From NCBI RefSeq assembly GCF_009914755.1, contig NC_060928.1: 64,000 nt of DNA, one strand, 5' to 3'. The notes below the pieces were generated by a model. The model was given only the letters and a program-made list of their open reading frames with translations, ran no database searches and was not told where the DNA came from. The position numbers and the translations under genes are program-made. How positions within the stretch are numbered: position 1 is the first letter of the stretch; each line of letters begins with the position of its first letter. Positions 29,872 through 41,950 of this stretch are shown in pieces. This stretch comes from the human T2T-CHM13v2.0 reference genome, Homo sapiens.

Positions 29872-30554
29872 TATTATAGTAGGTAGTTAGGCCAACATGA
29901 GCAGGAGTGGAGAGGTACCCCCGCCCCCTTTACAGGAATGTTTGGCAACCACTGGGTGATGGTCAGGCAGTTGTTAAACTGTCTCTCTAAAATAATAATT
30001 GGTTGCTGCCGGTGCTAGGCAAAGGCAGTCTCCCAATAGGTAGAAAACATGTGATGCTGGCGATAAGCAGCTTCTAGATAAGATCTCAGGAGTTGGGCAA
30101 GTGGGCTCAAGCATGAGCATTAAGAGGCAAAATGGCAGAGTTTAAGTGGTATATGACCTTTCTCTAGGAACACTCGACTGGTAAGGGAAAAATGCCACAG
30201 ATGGGCATGTGCACAACTTCAGTAAACACACTGTGCATGCAGCCCCTCCAAAGTCCTGGCAGGCCACTGCGCATGTGGCAGCCCATAGCAAGGAAAAATC
30301 AAGGGGAGGGGGGTGATGCAAGATCCTGGAAGCATGCCAATGTGTCAATCCCCAAGTCAAAGGTAAAACCAGGCACTTAGATCTCTCAAGTTGCCCACTT
30401 GACCCTCTTCTAAGTGCACTTTACTTCCTTTCATTCCTGCTCTAAAAGTTGTCTCATTCTCTCCTTATTCCTTATGATCTTCAGTTGAGTTCTTTCCTCT
30501 GAAGAGGCAAGAAATGAGTTGCTGTAGACTCATAAGGATTCACTGCTGCTAACA
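29872..30554 (+). mobile_element. MER50-family ERV1 solo LTR
   Basis: AGTAGGTAGTTAGGCCAACATGAGCAGG...GGTGATGGTCAGGCAGTTGTTAAACTG...GCTGCTAACA. Confidence 0.88.
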
Positions 30555-31059
30555 CTATCTCCAGGCACTTGCAGCTAACTTCTAGAACTGACAACATGGG
30601 TCCTCAGGTGCTGGCTTTTGTAAGTGAAGGCACACATTATATGCAAAGTGAGCTATTTAAGGAAGGAGGGAGGGACTCAAAGAACAAGGTGTCTGCAGGA
30701 ATCTGGACTGAGAACCAACATTGTCTGCTACAGTATCCTCTTGCATTGCTCAGATTCAATGTTTTTGGTTTGAGGATTAGTTGACATGGAGTTTTCATGA
30801 TGTTGATATTCCAGGAGAAGCATAACAATAGAAGAATTATTAGAATGAGTTTCACAAATGGTACTTAGCAAAACTTGTGTTAAGCATCTCTTTCCTCCAC
30901 AACCTAGTCTAGATCACTCTTTCCCACAGCTATTCTTTCTGCAGGTCCATATGACTTACTTGGTGGTAATGACGGCCCAGGCCTTCATTTCTTAGGAATA
31001 TGTGCTCTTTACTATCTTTCTTAGGTAGATTGTGGTAATTGCTCATACACAGTTAAAAC

Positions 31060-31420
31060 TGGATATGCCAGTACTAAGAAATGTCCTTGAATTATAAACA
31101 TATTCTCCCTTCCTCCATTAGGTGGCAGCACACCTACCTTCTCATGAGGATTAGTGTCAATTCTCCCTGCCAGTGTGGCAACTCTTTACTTTGCCTATTA
31201 TTTTCCACAAGATTTAAGCACAATATGATAAGGTAGTAGCTGTAGTCTTTGGCTTAGTGGGATCTTTATAGCGTCTCCTGATGAATGTATCTTCTCTCTG
31301 GAAACTGCGATCTTTAGACGAAAAGAACTGTAAGATTTGAAAGCAGACACCATTGATTCCCCTAGCAGGGTCACTGGGAGTGATAATAAGCAGGACCACT
31401 CGTTGCACTCCTTGCCTCCC
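31060..31420 (-). pseudogene. ERVL dUTPase remnant (stops and frameshifts)
   Basis: Minus strand translates LIITPSDP and AK*RVATLAGRIDTNPHEKVGVLPPNGG, resembling recalled ERVL LTITPSDP...AKKGVTVLAGVIDPDYQGEIGLLLHNGG. Confidence 0.8.
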
Positions 31421-31780
31421 AGATATCTATCTGTCATCAATCATTGTCACAGGTCCTATGATGTTTAGTTCAAAGTATACATCACATCTTGAAAGGCAGA
31501 ACCTCATTAATACACATGATTATCTCCAAGCTGATGCCTTTAGCTACACCTTTAAGAGGAAATTTCAGTACTCTAAAAGGATGCAGCCTCTGGTGATGCT
31601 ACATGTGATAGTACCAATGAATCCATAGTAACATGCCCATAGTTGCTCTCTTCCATCTTAAATTGAGCTCCTTTGTCTAAATGATGCTAGGTATAGTCTC
31701 TTGTTGGTAAATCAGGCAGCCTGTGAGCCCACAGACAATGATTTGGCCAAGACCGTGTGAGCAAAACTATTGTTGAATTT
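31421..31780 (-). pseudogene. ERVL integrase core remnant (stops and frameshifts)
   Basis: Minus strand translates GLTGCLIYQQETIPS, YHM*HH/PEAA and RHQLGDN, resembling recalled ERVL GLTECLIHRHGIPHS...YHVPHHPEAA...RQLGDN. Confidence 0.8.
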
Positions 31781-33049
31781 CCTTAGGAAAACTCTGATCT
31801 ATTGAGTGTTATCAAGATTTCTGTGGGACAGTTTCTCTAGCTGTCACTCTGAACTGGCTGCAGATTAGAGTAATTAAATCTGTCATTATTTTTGAGACTA
31901 GAGAGCCCAGTAGCACAACATTGTCTCCTACTGTCAGCACCAACTTAGAGAAAACAGCCACTTACTGGGCTGCTCTTTGATACATTCCTTATCATCTTTG
32001 AAAATAAAATGTCTTCTGGCTCTCTTAAGGACCCTGATCATCAGGGGAGAAGATTTTGGATTTTACATAACAGAGTCACTCTATAAAGTCTACTTATGTG
32101 AGCCTTGGGAATCCCTTCTCAACATTCTATCAAGGCAAATCTGACATCTCCATTTTATTTAATACATACCATCATTGTTTCCAAGCGTCACAGAGCCATC
32201 CCCTCAGCATATTAGGATCTGATCCAGATGCCTATTCCAGTGTATTAAATCCTGAGTCGTGGATTTACTCCCACATAAAACCTCTCCCTTTCTCCCTTAC
32301 TCAGCTTCACAGTCTTCTTTTACTGAACTAGATCTCTCAAGATCTGTCCCCAGTATGATTGACAGTTTCTATTGGTCATAAAACTTTGTTTTGTAGCTTC
32401 TTTGGAGATTAATTCCTTTTTGATCTTTGTAGGAGCAACATTCAATTGGATCATGCTCAGACTTAATGGCAAGGGCACTGTAATCTTTTAGCAGAAGCAA
32501 AATATGCTAATCTGTATGTTTGGTTCCCAGAATGTTAAGAAGAAACTTGAGATTCAATGTTCTTAAGAAAATACACCAAAATGTCCCTATCTCAAGTTTC
32601 AGGAGACTTACACAGCCTGCAAATTTAGCCTTCCCTAAGGTTCTTCTAGTTTTACATTAGTTCTGGGCTTGGCCTTGAAACAGCTTGCTCTCTGGCTCTG
32701 AGATAAAGGGGTTCTAACTTCTATATTGTGCCTTAAATTGCTGAGTGATTGAATTGAATTTGCCATTTTTTTTGCTTCAATAGAATTCAGCAAAAATCAA
32801 TTTCTCACTTTTTATAACTATTATCTCCCCCATGTATCTCAACTGCTAGAGAGATCATGAGTTAGTGCATCCTCTTCTACCTGTATTCCATTCCACTTCG
32901 CCACAGGTGAAAGTCTTACCAGCACTGTCAGCATGTCAGAGATTATCCATATTCCATTTATCACCACAATCAGTCCTTGCTACCATCTAGCCTGTGAGAG
33001 ATTGCACTTCAGAATCCTATCTTTAGGACCTGCTTTTTAGGATCACTAC

Positions 33050-33500
33050 TGGTTTAAGTCAAGTTTCCCAGAAGCTGACCTAAGACAAATATTCACAGGC
33101 AAATGATACATTAAGAAAGTGTTCCCAGGGGATGCTGATTGGTAAGGTTGGGGAAGCAGGAGAGAGAGTGAGAAAATGACCAGCAAGGGTGCAATCTCAG
33201 GCAAAATTTAACAGGGATTAGCTTCAACCTGAACCCACAGTGGACCCTGAACTGTGAGTATGACTCAGAGTTCCCCACTCCAAGTCAAGGATGTTGGACT
33301 TTTCTACTCCTAAATTCATTGAATTGCATGCCAAGGGGGACACAAACTGCGAACACTTCCAGCTCTTTCATCTGTGGAGAAAGTTACCAAGGTAACCCAA
33401 GGGCAGACCTCCAAAAAAGAGCCTGCAGTTGATAGCTGTTGAAAGCAAACATCAACCAAAGCCTAAGTAAGGAGGGTGATGTTGAGCTGCCTGGTGGCCT
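33050..33500 (-). mobile_element. LTR16-family 5' LTR of the ERVL provirus
   Basis: GTCAAGTTTCCCAGAAGCTGACCTAAGACA...GGGGAAGCAGGA...; right boundary approximate. Confidence 0.72.
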
Positions 33501-34768
33501 AGAAGTTCATAGTGTGGTAAAAATGGATTGTCATTCCCTAATAATGTCTTAAAGAATACAAGGGCATCTCCTGTATTCCAAGTGGGAATTTATAATGCAC
33601 TTGCTCATAGAAATGATATTTTAACTATTTTAAATAGAATGGGTCTAGTACTACAATTCCACATTAGCATAACATATTTGAAAAATTTGTAAACTGTTAG
33701 GAAGTACAAAATGTTATAATAATACTAATTAATATTTCTTAATTCATTATGAATGTTTCTGATGTTTGGCACAGTTACACAGCCACATTTTAAAACATTG
33801 TTTCTAAGGGAAAATGTGTTGCAAATTCTCAACCAATAATTTAGAAAAGTAAATTAACTCAACCCATTCTATTATGTTGTCTTGCTGTCAACAGATAATT
33901 TATTCTGCTATTAACCTTCACTGGTTCCAGTCAACTGACTTAAAATTGTTGGTACAACAGATTTGGCATCTTTCTTTACTAATAAAAAATTATTTTTAAT
34001 AATCCTTTAAAACATATCTCATATTCTTATATACAAATATCTTTACAAACATCTTAAGAAATTCATAATTTGAGCACCTTAAAAAACACTCATTTGATTA
34101 TTTCCCCCACATTCAATATTCATATTATCAAGAGGGACTACATCAAAATATCATTACTTATGCTTTTGTTTTCAATACAAGTTACATACTTATGTTTGAG
34201 AGACACAAAACCAGTATGACAACAAGACAGACCATGATTGAGAGTGTAGCACAGAGAAAAGATCATGGCTTTAAAAATTAAATAGTAAATTGTCCACACT
34301 CTTCGACCATATTTTCTCTTTTGCAAAATAAAATAATAATAGATATGCCATACCATTGTGTAGAAGAGTTATTGAGTGTATCTATATAAAGAATATGGTA
34401 TGATAATTGATGCATATTATATACTCAGCATATGAAGCTCTTGTTATTGATTTAAGGCCTATACAAACTACTCATCACTCCAAGCTGTAGAAATCTGAGT
34501 CCATCGTCAACAAAAAAAGCCCTATTTTCCCAAGATAAATATTGAATGAAGTGTAGGGTCACATTGACAAAGCTTTTCATCTTACTGTTGAGATGATGTG
34601 AAATACACCACCATTTTTTACCACATATCGAGGTGATCATATATCTCAGCAGTATTTAGTTTGCAATAATAGGAAAAACAGTGCCTTGTCATGGATTGCC
34701 TATGACATTTAAAAAACTTCCTATCATTCATTCCCCTTGTCCCCTTATCTCTTTCTCTTACCAAAATT

Positions 34769-35185
34769 TGTATTAGTTTTCTATTGCTGTGTAATAAATT
34801 ACCACAAACTTAGTAGCTTAATTAGAAATGCCCATTTATTAGCTCACAGTTCTGAAGCACAGATTCTAATCAGAGATTCATACTAGGTTCTCATACTCAG
34901 TGTGTCCTTGGCCAGGCTGCATTCTACTGGAAGCTCTAGGAAAGAATCTGCTTACAGGGTTATTGGGGGTGTTAATATTCACAACCTTTATTTTATTATT
35001 CATTTCCTTGTAGTTTTAAGGCTGAGTTTCTCATTTCCTTGAGGGTTGTCAGCCTGGAGCACTTTTAGCAGATAGAAGCTGACTAGACTCCTGACACATG
35101 ACCTCCTCCATCTTGAAAACCAGCAATCAAGAATCTCTCTCATGTTGATTCCCTGCAAATGTTTCTAATGTCTCTGATTTTGGAC
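34769..35185 (-). mobile_element. MLT1D-like LTR, partial
   Basis: TGTATTAGTTTTCTATTGCTGTGTAATAAATTACCACAAACTTAGTAGCTTAA...GGAAGCTCTAGGAAAGAATCTGC. Confidence 0.85.
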
Positions 35186-36195
35186 CATCATTTATATAAT
35201 GGGATAAGAGTCTGTGCTGTGGGCTTGCTTTCAAGAGATTTGGGAATAGGGTAGATGTATATTATATTAGTTAAAAAATAAGTTTACAGTTGTAGAGTCC
35301 TGGACTTGAAGCTGTCTATGTGAGAGTGATTAAGCCTCTGTGGCTCCATTTCCTGGGGCTTAAAAATGGGAAAATACTCTTTCATCAAACGTAATAATTA
35401 AGCATATGTTTTACCACTAAGAAAAATAATGATCAAACTATGACATTACATAAATTTTAAGATACACCCCAAATTTTAAGATATTAAAATGTCAAAAAAA
35501 TCATTCCATGAATCAGTCAAATAAAGTAATATATATCCCATATGGCTAGCCTAAGGAATAATTTACATAATGTCTGTAGACTGTTTAATTCTGTTTTTGG
35601 GGCATAGTGTTACATTTTGTGAAATGTAGCTATTAACTGTTTTCTTATGAGCCTGGTTGCTATGTTCTTGGTCTACGACAGATCGTTTTCTCAAGAAGGG
35701 AAGGAGAAAATTTCATTTTATCTTCTTTCCCATTTGACAGATACTATTGTGACTAAGATTTTGAAGTGCAGTAGAGCCATGCTCCTGCCATGATAGAGTA
35801 GTGACTAGCAGTGAGAGAAAAAGCATTGACCTGGAATGTTGCATTGTAACTTTTCCTACGGCTCTCCAAACTTGCTGCCTCTTTTCTCCTCATTGGAAAG
35901 GCATGTGCTTTCTTAATACAGGCTAATAGATAGATGCACTTTCTACAGCTGTGCAGTTGCCTGGTCCTTCTGCCTCATACAGGGAGAGGGCTGTAGAGTC
36001 AGGGCTATTGTTTTAAAGGATGTATCACCTTAACATGGTACAAATGGCCATGGGAGCTTTATTATCCAGTAACCACCGAGCAGGCTATGAATTCAAGCAT
36101 ATGCATGTAATCTTCAGCAATCTCTCAGATGAACTGAAAGGAGTATGTGAAGCCTTGTTTTTAAAAAGCATGCTATAGAACTGGAGGTTTATGTT

Positions 36196-36342
36196 ACTAA
36201 AATCATTTGATGAGGAATTATAATATTAGCTATATAGCTAGATCAATGCTTAATTCCTGATTGTGTATGTGTATTAATGAGGGATTAAACATTGATCTAG
36301 CTATATATCTAATATTATAATTTCTTATCTGATAATTTTAGT
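36196..36342. repeat. inverted repeat: 67-bp arms, 13-nt spacer
   Basis: 36196-36262 vs reverse complement of 36276-36342: 58/67 identical with no gaps (manual count). Confidence 0.95.
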
Positions 36343-37992
36343 GTGTGCGTGTGTGTGTGCATGTATGTAATATACACATTGAATGGCAGTTTAAAATAAA
36401 AATAATTTAACCTATTTTTTTTCTTCTGGGCCTTTACAATTTAAAAATTGAAACTTTTAAATTCATGTTCCACTTCTATGATCCTCATTGCATCACACGG
36501 ATGGTATGCAATATTATATGGCACAGAAAAAACAAATTTATTTTAGCTTTTCTTTTTATGCTATAATTCCTACAGCATATAATTTTTCTTTCTACCTAAA
36601 TAGGTAGCCATGAGTCTTAAAATAAGTGTCCCTATTGTGATTTTAGATGTGTCTTTCCCCCACTGTGGGGGCATTTAGGCAAGTTCTACTCTCATTTTTA
36701 TCAAAATGATTTGAATTATTTCTTAAAAGTGGGTTCAAACTGATGGCAGGCAGATGGGAGTGCCAGTTTTTATCTATATCACATTTGGATGTGGAGGATT
36801 TCAGGTACAAATCTGTGACTCATCTTATTCAAGGGAAAGATGATTAAACCAGAATATTATGGTCTCTTCCATTTTACTGAGCACAATTACTGACTCCAGA
36901 CCTCAGAAAAGAGAGAAAACCTAATTTCCTGGATTTGCACCTCTTTGTGCTGGGCCATTCTGACACTTTGCTGGCAGCATTTGCTTGAGCTCTTTGGATT
37001 TCTAAGGCAAACTTTGGGGATGCTTTTATAAGTGCCACTTATCTTTTTCCCACTCTACCTTTACTTCTTTTAAAATATTGCATTTTCTTATTTATACTCA
37101 TAAAGTTTAGCACTGAATCAAATGTTAAAGTGTCCTTTAACATTTTTCACAAATATTCGTTATTATATCATTTTTTTCCTACTGGCTTTCAGTAGGACCC
37201 AGAACTACAAAGTACATTTCACATAACTTTGCACTGAAGCAAAGACAGATTTCTTACTCTCGTTATTTCTGCTTTGATTACTTTTCTACCAAGAAAAGCA
37301 GCCCACTTAATTCACTTTCGGCAAACTTTGGAAACTATACCTACTCAAGTTGTACTGAAACAAAGGAAGTATTCTGTATACGATCAGCTCTTTTAAATGA
37401 AGTTGATCACAAAAAATAAACCTGACGGGAAAACCTGACAGCAATTACTTTCAGTAAATCAATTACTATTAGAGATCTTACCTGTAGAGCAAGAGCCCTC
37501 AACTCCATTAGAAGTGGCTGTTTACACATAGACTGTCATTGACAGGTTATTTCTGCTTTAGATTATGACTTTTCTTCTTACCATTAAAATTATATAAATG
37601 GTGAAAATACATCACCCCAAATATTAATATAATTTTAGGTAATTTTAAAATAACAGTGGGGATCACTGAATTGAAGTTTATTAAAAATACACCTCCTGCA
37701 CATTTTATATTTTGAATACTACATATTTTTGACACACATAAAACTAAGAAAATGTACTTTATTTCTGGAGAGGCACAATATTTATCTGCCTACATTTAGG
37801 TGGTTTAAAACAGATAACTGAGAAACCATTTTATGCATTTAGATCAATTTGGCCTATCAACATGTAATTAACATTATTTGAAAATATTATACTCTTTCTA
37901 TAAAATTGCTTGTAGATACGATGGACTTAAGAAGAATGTGTTATGCATCCAAAAGCTTCCAGTAAATGTTGGTAATTGCATATATAGAGAGA

Positions 37993-38274
37993 TTTTATAC
38001 AGGGTCTTGCTGTGTCGCCCAGGCTGGAGTATAGTGGCATGATCACAGCTCACTGCAGCTTTGAACCCCCTCAGGCTCAGCCCACCTCAGCCTTCCTAGT
38101 AGCTGAGACCATAGATGCATGCCACCAGACCCAGGTAATTTTTAAATATTTTGTAGAGACAGAGTCTCGTCATGTTGCCCAGACTGGTCTCCAACTCCTT
38201 GGCTGAAGTGTTCCTCCTGCCTCTTCAGCCGCCCAAAGTACTGGGATTACAGATGTGAGCCATCATGATCTGCC
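37993..38274 (-). mobile_element. AluJ, diverged, tail eroded
   Basis: AGGGTCTTGCTGTGTCGCCCAGGCTGGAG...CCCAAAGTACTGGGATTACAG. Confidence 0.93.
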
Positions 38275-38559
38275 CTAGATATATAATTTTAATAACAATC
38301 TCTATAGTAAGTAAAAATATATCCCTATCAGAGTTGTTGAAATAATCGCCTAAAGCTAATGTAAATTTCCTATACTGTACCTAAATATTTCTCTAGCTAG
38401 AAGGAAAAAAAGGCAGATTTATATTCTCTATTCATAAAATTTTAAATCATAAATCTTTGGAAGGGTTTACAAAGTACTTTAATGTACATTATCTCCTTTG
38501 AATTATCTTGAGAATTGTGATTATGTATAAAATTTCATAATCTTGTCATTTGCCCTTAT

Positions 38560-38830
38560 AAATGAGTGAGTGCCTACCGTGTCTCATACTGTTCTAAGCA
38601 CTGTGGAACAGCTGTGAAAAAGACAGTGTTCCTGTTCTAATGAGGCCGAAGTGGTGGTGACAGATATAAATAATAAACACATGCAAACTACAAAGAAACC
38701 CAAAAAACAAAATAATGTCAAGATACAGAATAACTTTATGTCTGCTTCAGATTGAGTGTTCACCAAATGATACTCTGGGGAGACATTCAATCATAAATCT
38801 TAAAATTGAAACAGAAATTTGAGATCTTGA
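38560..38830 (-). mobile_element. L2 3' fragment
   Basis: GAGTGCCTACCGTGTCTCATACTGTTCTAAGCACTG...GTGAAAAAGACAG. Confidence 0.65.
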
Positions 38831-39364
38831 AGAACAAATTTAAACAGAGAAGAAATAAAAATAAAATAAAAATGAAGATATTTTATAAATAAATTGTTAG
38901 CATTAGGCCAAAAAATACTAAAATGTTAGAGCTGAAAATGTCCTTAGAAATCATCCAGCCCATATTCTTTAAAGGGTAGTAACTGAGAAAAGGGAAAAGT
39001 GTGCCCAGATCCCAGGTTTGAGCTTGCTAAACCAGAAGCCTTCAGAACATTTCTAGCCTGCACACAAATGCCCAGGTGATGCATATCTTCTTCAGGCAAC
39101 CTAGGCTTTATTTCATTTCTGTCTACCTTTTCAATAACATGTTAGAATATAAAGTTAAGATAAGTTCCCTTTTATGGATATCCACGCTTGTATATCAAAT
39201 ATACAAAACCACAAAAACCCATGCTAATAATAAAGCATATTTCATAAATGATGATTAATCATTTAGGAAACATGCTTTATCTAATATTAGAAACAAATTA
39301 TTGGTAAATGTTATGGCATATCATATTTCAAGTGATATAAAAGCAGAATTTTTTTTCTTTTTGC

Positions 39365-39444
39365 TATGTTTTGTTCACAGCTGTTTCTCCAGCACCTAGA
39401 ACGGTGTCTGGCACTGAGTAATGCTCTGTAAATATTTAGATGAA
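39365..39444 (+). mobile_element. L2a 3' terminus
   Basis: TTGTTCACAGCTGTTTCTCCAGCACCTAGAACGGTGTCTGGCAC...AAATATTTAGATGAA. Confidence 0.75.
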
Positions 39445-39624
39445 ATTATATATGAAATGTGGTGTAGCATCACATTGCAACAAGGTTGAGGACCATGGCT
39501 CCAAACTAAGCCAGAAACTAGGTTAGAGACACTTATTTTGTAAATGTGTGAAGAAGATTTCTTGGCAAAATAATTATAAAATACATTGGTGATTGCCTCC
39601 TTGTTTGCCAAATTATTTTTGAAA

Positions 39625-40275
39625 TGATTGAGGTGTTTTCCACGGGGACATTACTTTCAGGAAAAGAATTTGTTATGTTTCTGAATACTTAGCCTTTTCT
39701 GAATAGTTTACTGGGACAGAATCAAAGCATAAGCCTTGGAAGCTACTGAATAGATAGCGAGAGACCATCTGGAGAAATGTACCTATCCAGAGGTATTTGT
39801 TTACATTTCAATCAGGGAAGAAACCCAAGATCTACAGACATATTTCAGGGTTTATAAACTCTGAGAAGCTCCTCTTATATTCCCTCTGGAGACATTTACT
39901 TATATTCCAAAGGATAATATACTAGTATTTGTTTCCCTTCTCTTCCAAAGAAGAATTTGTTTATATTAGGAAGCAAAGGTTTCTGTCCCTTTCTCAGGAG
40001 TGGAAGAGGAATGGGCAGCTCTAACCTCATAAACTCTCCATTTAGAATTTCAAGGTTCCTCTCCTATGGTGTGACCTGCCCATATACAAGGCAGTCCATC
40101 TGGCTGTAATCACATCACCCCAGAAATTGAACATGTAGGGCAAGGAGAATGGATGTAGTTCTTGTCTAAGTAATAATTAATCTTTTTCTGTCCCAGAAGT
40201 CTTCAGAAGTCATGCATATACTTTCAGGATGATATAAATAAGTATAGACATTAAACACTTGGCAGCTACTGCATT
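39625..40275 (+). mobile_element. LTR40-family (ERVL) solo LTR
   Basis: AAGGTTCCTCTCCTATG...GCAGTCCATCTGG...GGGCAAGGAGAA...GTAATAATTAATCTTTTTCTGTCCCAGAAGTC; boundaries approximate. Confidence 0.62.
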
Positions 40276-41240
40276 AGCACCAACAATGTAGCCGTGTTTG
40301 ACATACATAAGCAACAATATTTAAGACTCTTTATCGTAGCTATCTATCAATGGAATTGGGCTGCTGAACAGTTGAGTGGAGGGAGCCTGATCCTCATGCT
40401 TCATGCTTCTCCACTTCTGTTTTCCTGCCTCCACACACATCTTAAGGGAGAAGGAGCAGAAACCAGACAAACAAGTTGGAGAGAACACTGACATCTCACA
40501 CTTGGTAAAAGCAAAACTTACAGGTGATGCACAGTGGAAAGCAACATGTTTTCACCCCCTCCTTCAGTCTGGATGCATTTTGAACATCAATAGAAAGATC
40601 CAGGGTTTGCAACTTGCACCGGAATTCCTCCAAACAGAGGTGTGGACTGGGTAGTAATGGTGGTTCCCATTGTAATTTATCCATACACTCAGCACAGAAA
40701 TACCTCTGTGCTTTAGCTATTATAACCGAGACTACCTCTGTTTTCTAGGACATGGAATATTCATAAAGTTAATATTTGGTATAAATCTAAACACTTTTTC
40801 CTCATTTCTACTTGCATCTAAAAATATACTATTCAAATTTTGTGCAGTGACTCACCATAATCTATACCAGAATCCAACTGAAAAATTACCTATGATCTAT
40901 CATTTTTTTAAAATGATACTAAACTGAAAACTAAGAATTTTAAAAATTTAAACTATGGTCATAGAGAATTTTAAAAATCTGAATTAAAAGTGAAGCTTCT
41001 TTTCAAAAAAAGTGTCTATTTTATAGACATATAATAGATATGTATTTTGTATGTGTATAAATATATATACACAAATATATAAATACAAATAATTCTAAAT
41101 ATAAATATAGGAACTGACTACTTCATCCAGGAGAACTTATTAAAGTGTTAATTACCTGGAAATGAATTTATGCATTTAATGAATATCAATTGCAATCCCA
41201 AAGGAGATTTTTGAATGACATAAATTATCTCCAAAGTTAC

Positions 41241-41538
41241 TTTTTTTTTTTTTTTTTAAAACAGAGTCTTATTCTGTTGCCCAGGCTGGAGGCAGTGCCA
41301 TGATCTCAGGTCATTGCAACCTCCATCTCCCAGGTTCAAGTGATCCTTCTGCCTCAGCCTCCCAAGTATCTGGGAGTGCAGTCATGCACCACCACACCCA
41401 GCTAATTTTTATATTTTTAGCAGAGTTGACGTTTTGCCATGTTGGCCAGGCTGGCCTCGAACTCCTGACCCCAGGTGATCCGCCTGCTTCGGCCTCCCAA
41501 AATGCTGGGATTACAGGTATGAGCCACTGTGCCTGTCC
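41241..41538 (-). mobile_element. Alu (AluSx-like)
   Basis: T17 tail, full body, TSD ccaaagttac / ccaaggttac. Confidence 0.97.
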
Positions 41539-41679
41539 CCAAGGTTACTTTTGGGACTATAAGTAAAAAATGCCTAAATGTAATTTTATACCAACTTTGT
41601 AGAACTGGTCAAATTAAACACAGATCAATAAAAGTAGCAAGAAAAATTCCCTTTTTCTCTCATGTGTTCCTTGTCTGTT

Positions 41680-41950
41680 TGTCAAACATTTGTTCATTTG
41701 AGACCTATTCACAGAGGGCACAATGGTGTTGGGCCCTGGGGACATGCTGGGGAGTAGGACCATCAATGACCACTTCCCTCCTGGAGGTCTTATGATGTGG
41801 CAGAGACAGATGTTGACTACGTAAATAAGTAATAACACAAAAAATGAGAAATTACAAAAGAGATACTCAGTGCTTACAGTAGGAAGGTTTCAACTATTTT
41901 TAAGAGGGTGGTGGTTTCTGAGGAAGTAGTGGTTCTACTGAATCCTGAAA
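41680..41950 (-). mobile_element. L2 3' fragment
   Basis: GTTGGGCCCTGGGGACA...CCCTCCTGGAGGTCTTATGATGTGGCAGAGACAGA...TTTCTGAGGAAGT. Confidence 0.6.

Larger units (their letters stand above)
28387..30732 (-). mobile_element. LTR16-family 3' LTR of an ERVL provirus, in three pieces (28387-~28512, ~29728-29871, 30555-30732)
   Basis: TGTCTTGGGTCATGTTCCCCAGAAGTAAACCCTGAGAC resembles the LTR at 33050; terminus ...ATTGTCTGCTACA abuts the internal region. Confidence 0.68.
30733..33049 (-). mobile_element. ERVL internal region (ERV3-16A3_I-like), internally deleted
   Basis: Flanked by LTR16-like LTRs; leader-like sequence next to the 33050 LTR; integrase and dUTPase remnants. Confidence 0.8.

Noticed and set aside
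31198-31628. ORFs over the ERVL pol region as a possible domesticated gene
   Set aside because: Integrase and dUTPase motifs are scattered across frames with stops; no intact reading frame
24501-40275. Two LTR40-like LTRs possibly bounding one large element
   Set aside because: Opposite orientation, highly diverged and 15 kb apart; best explained as independent solo LTRs
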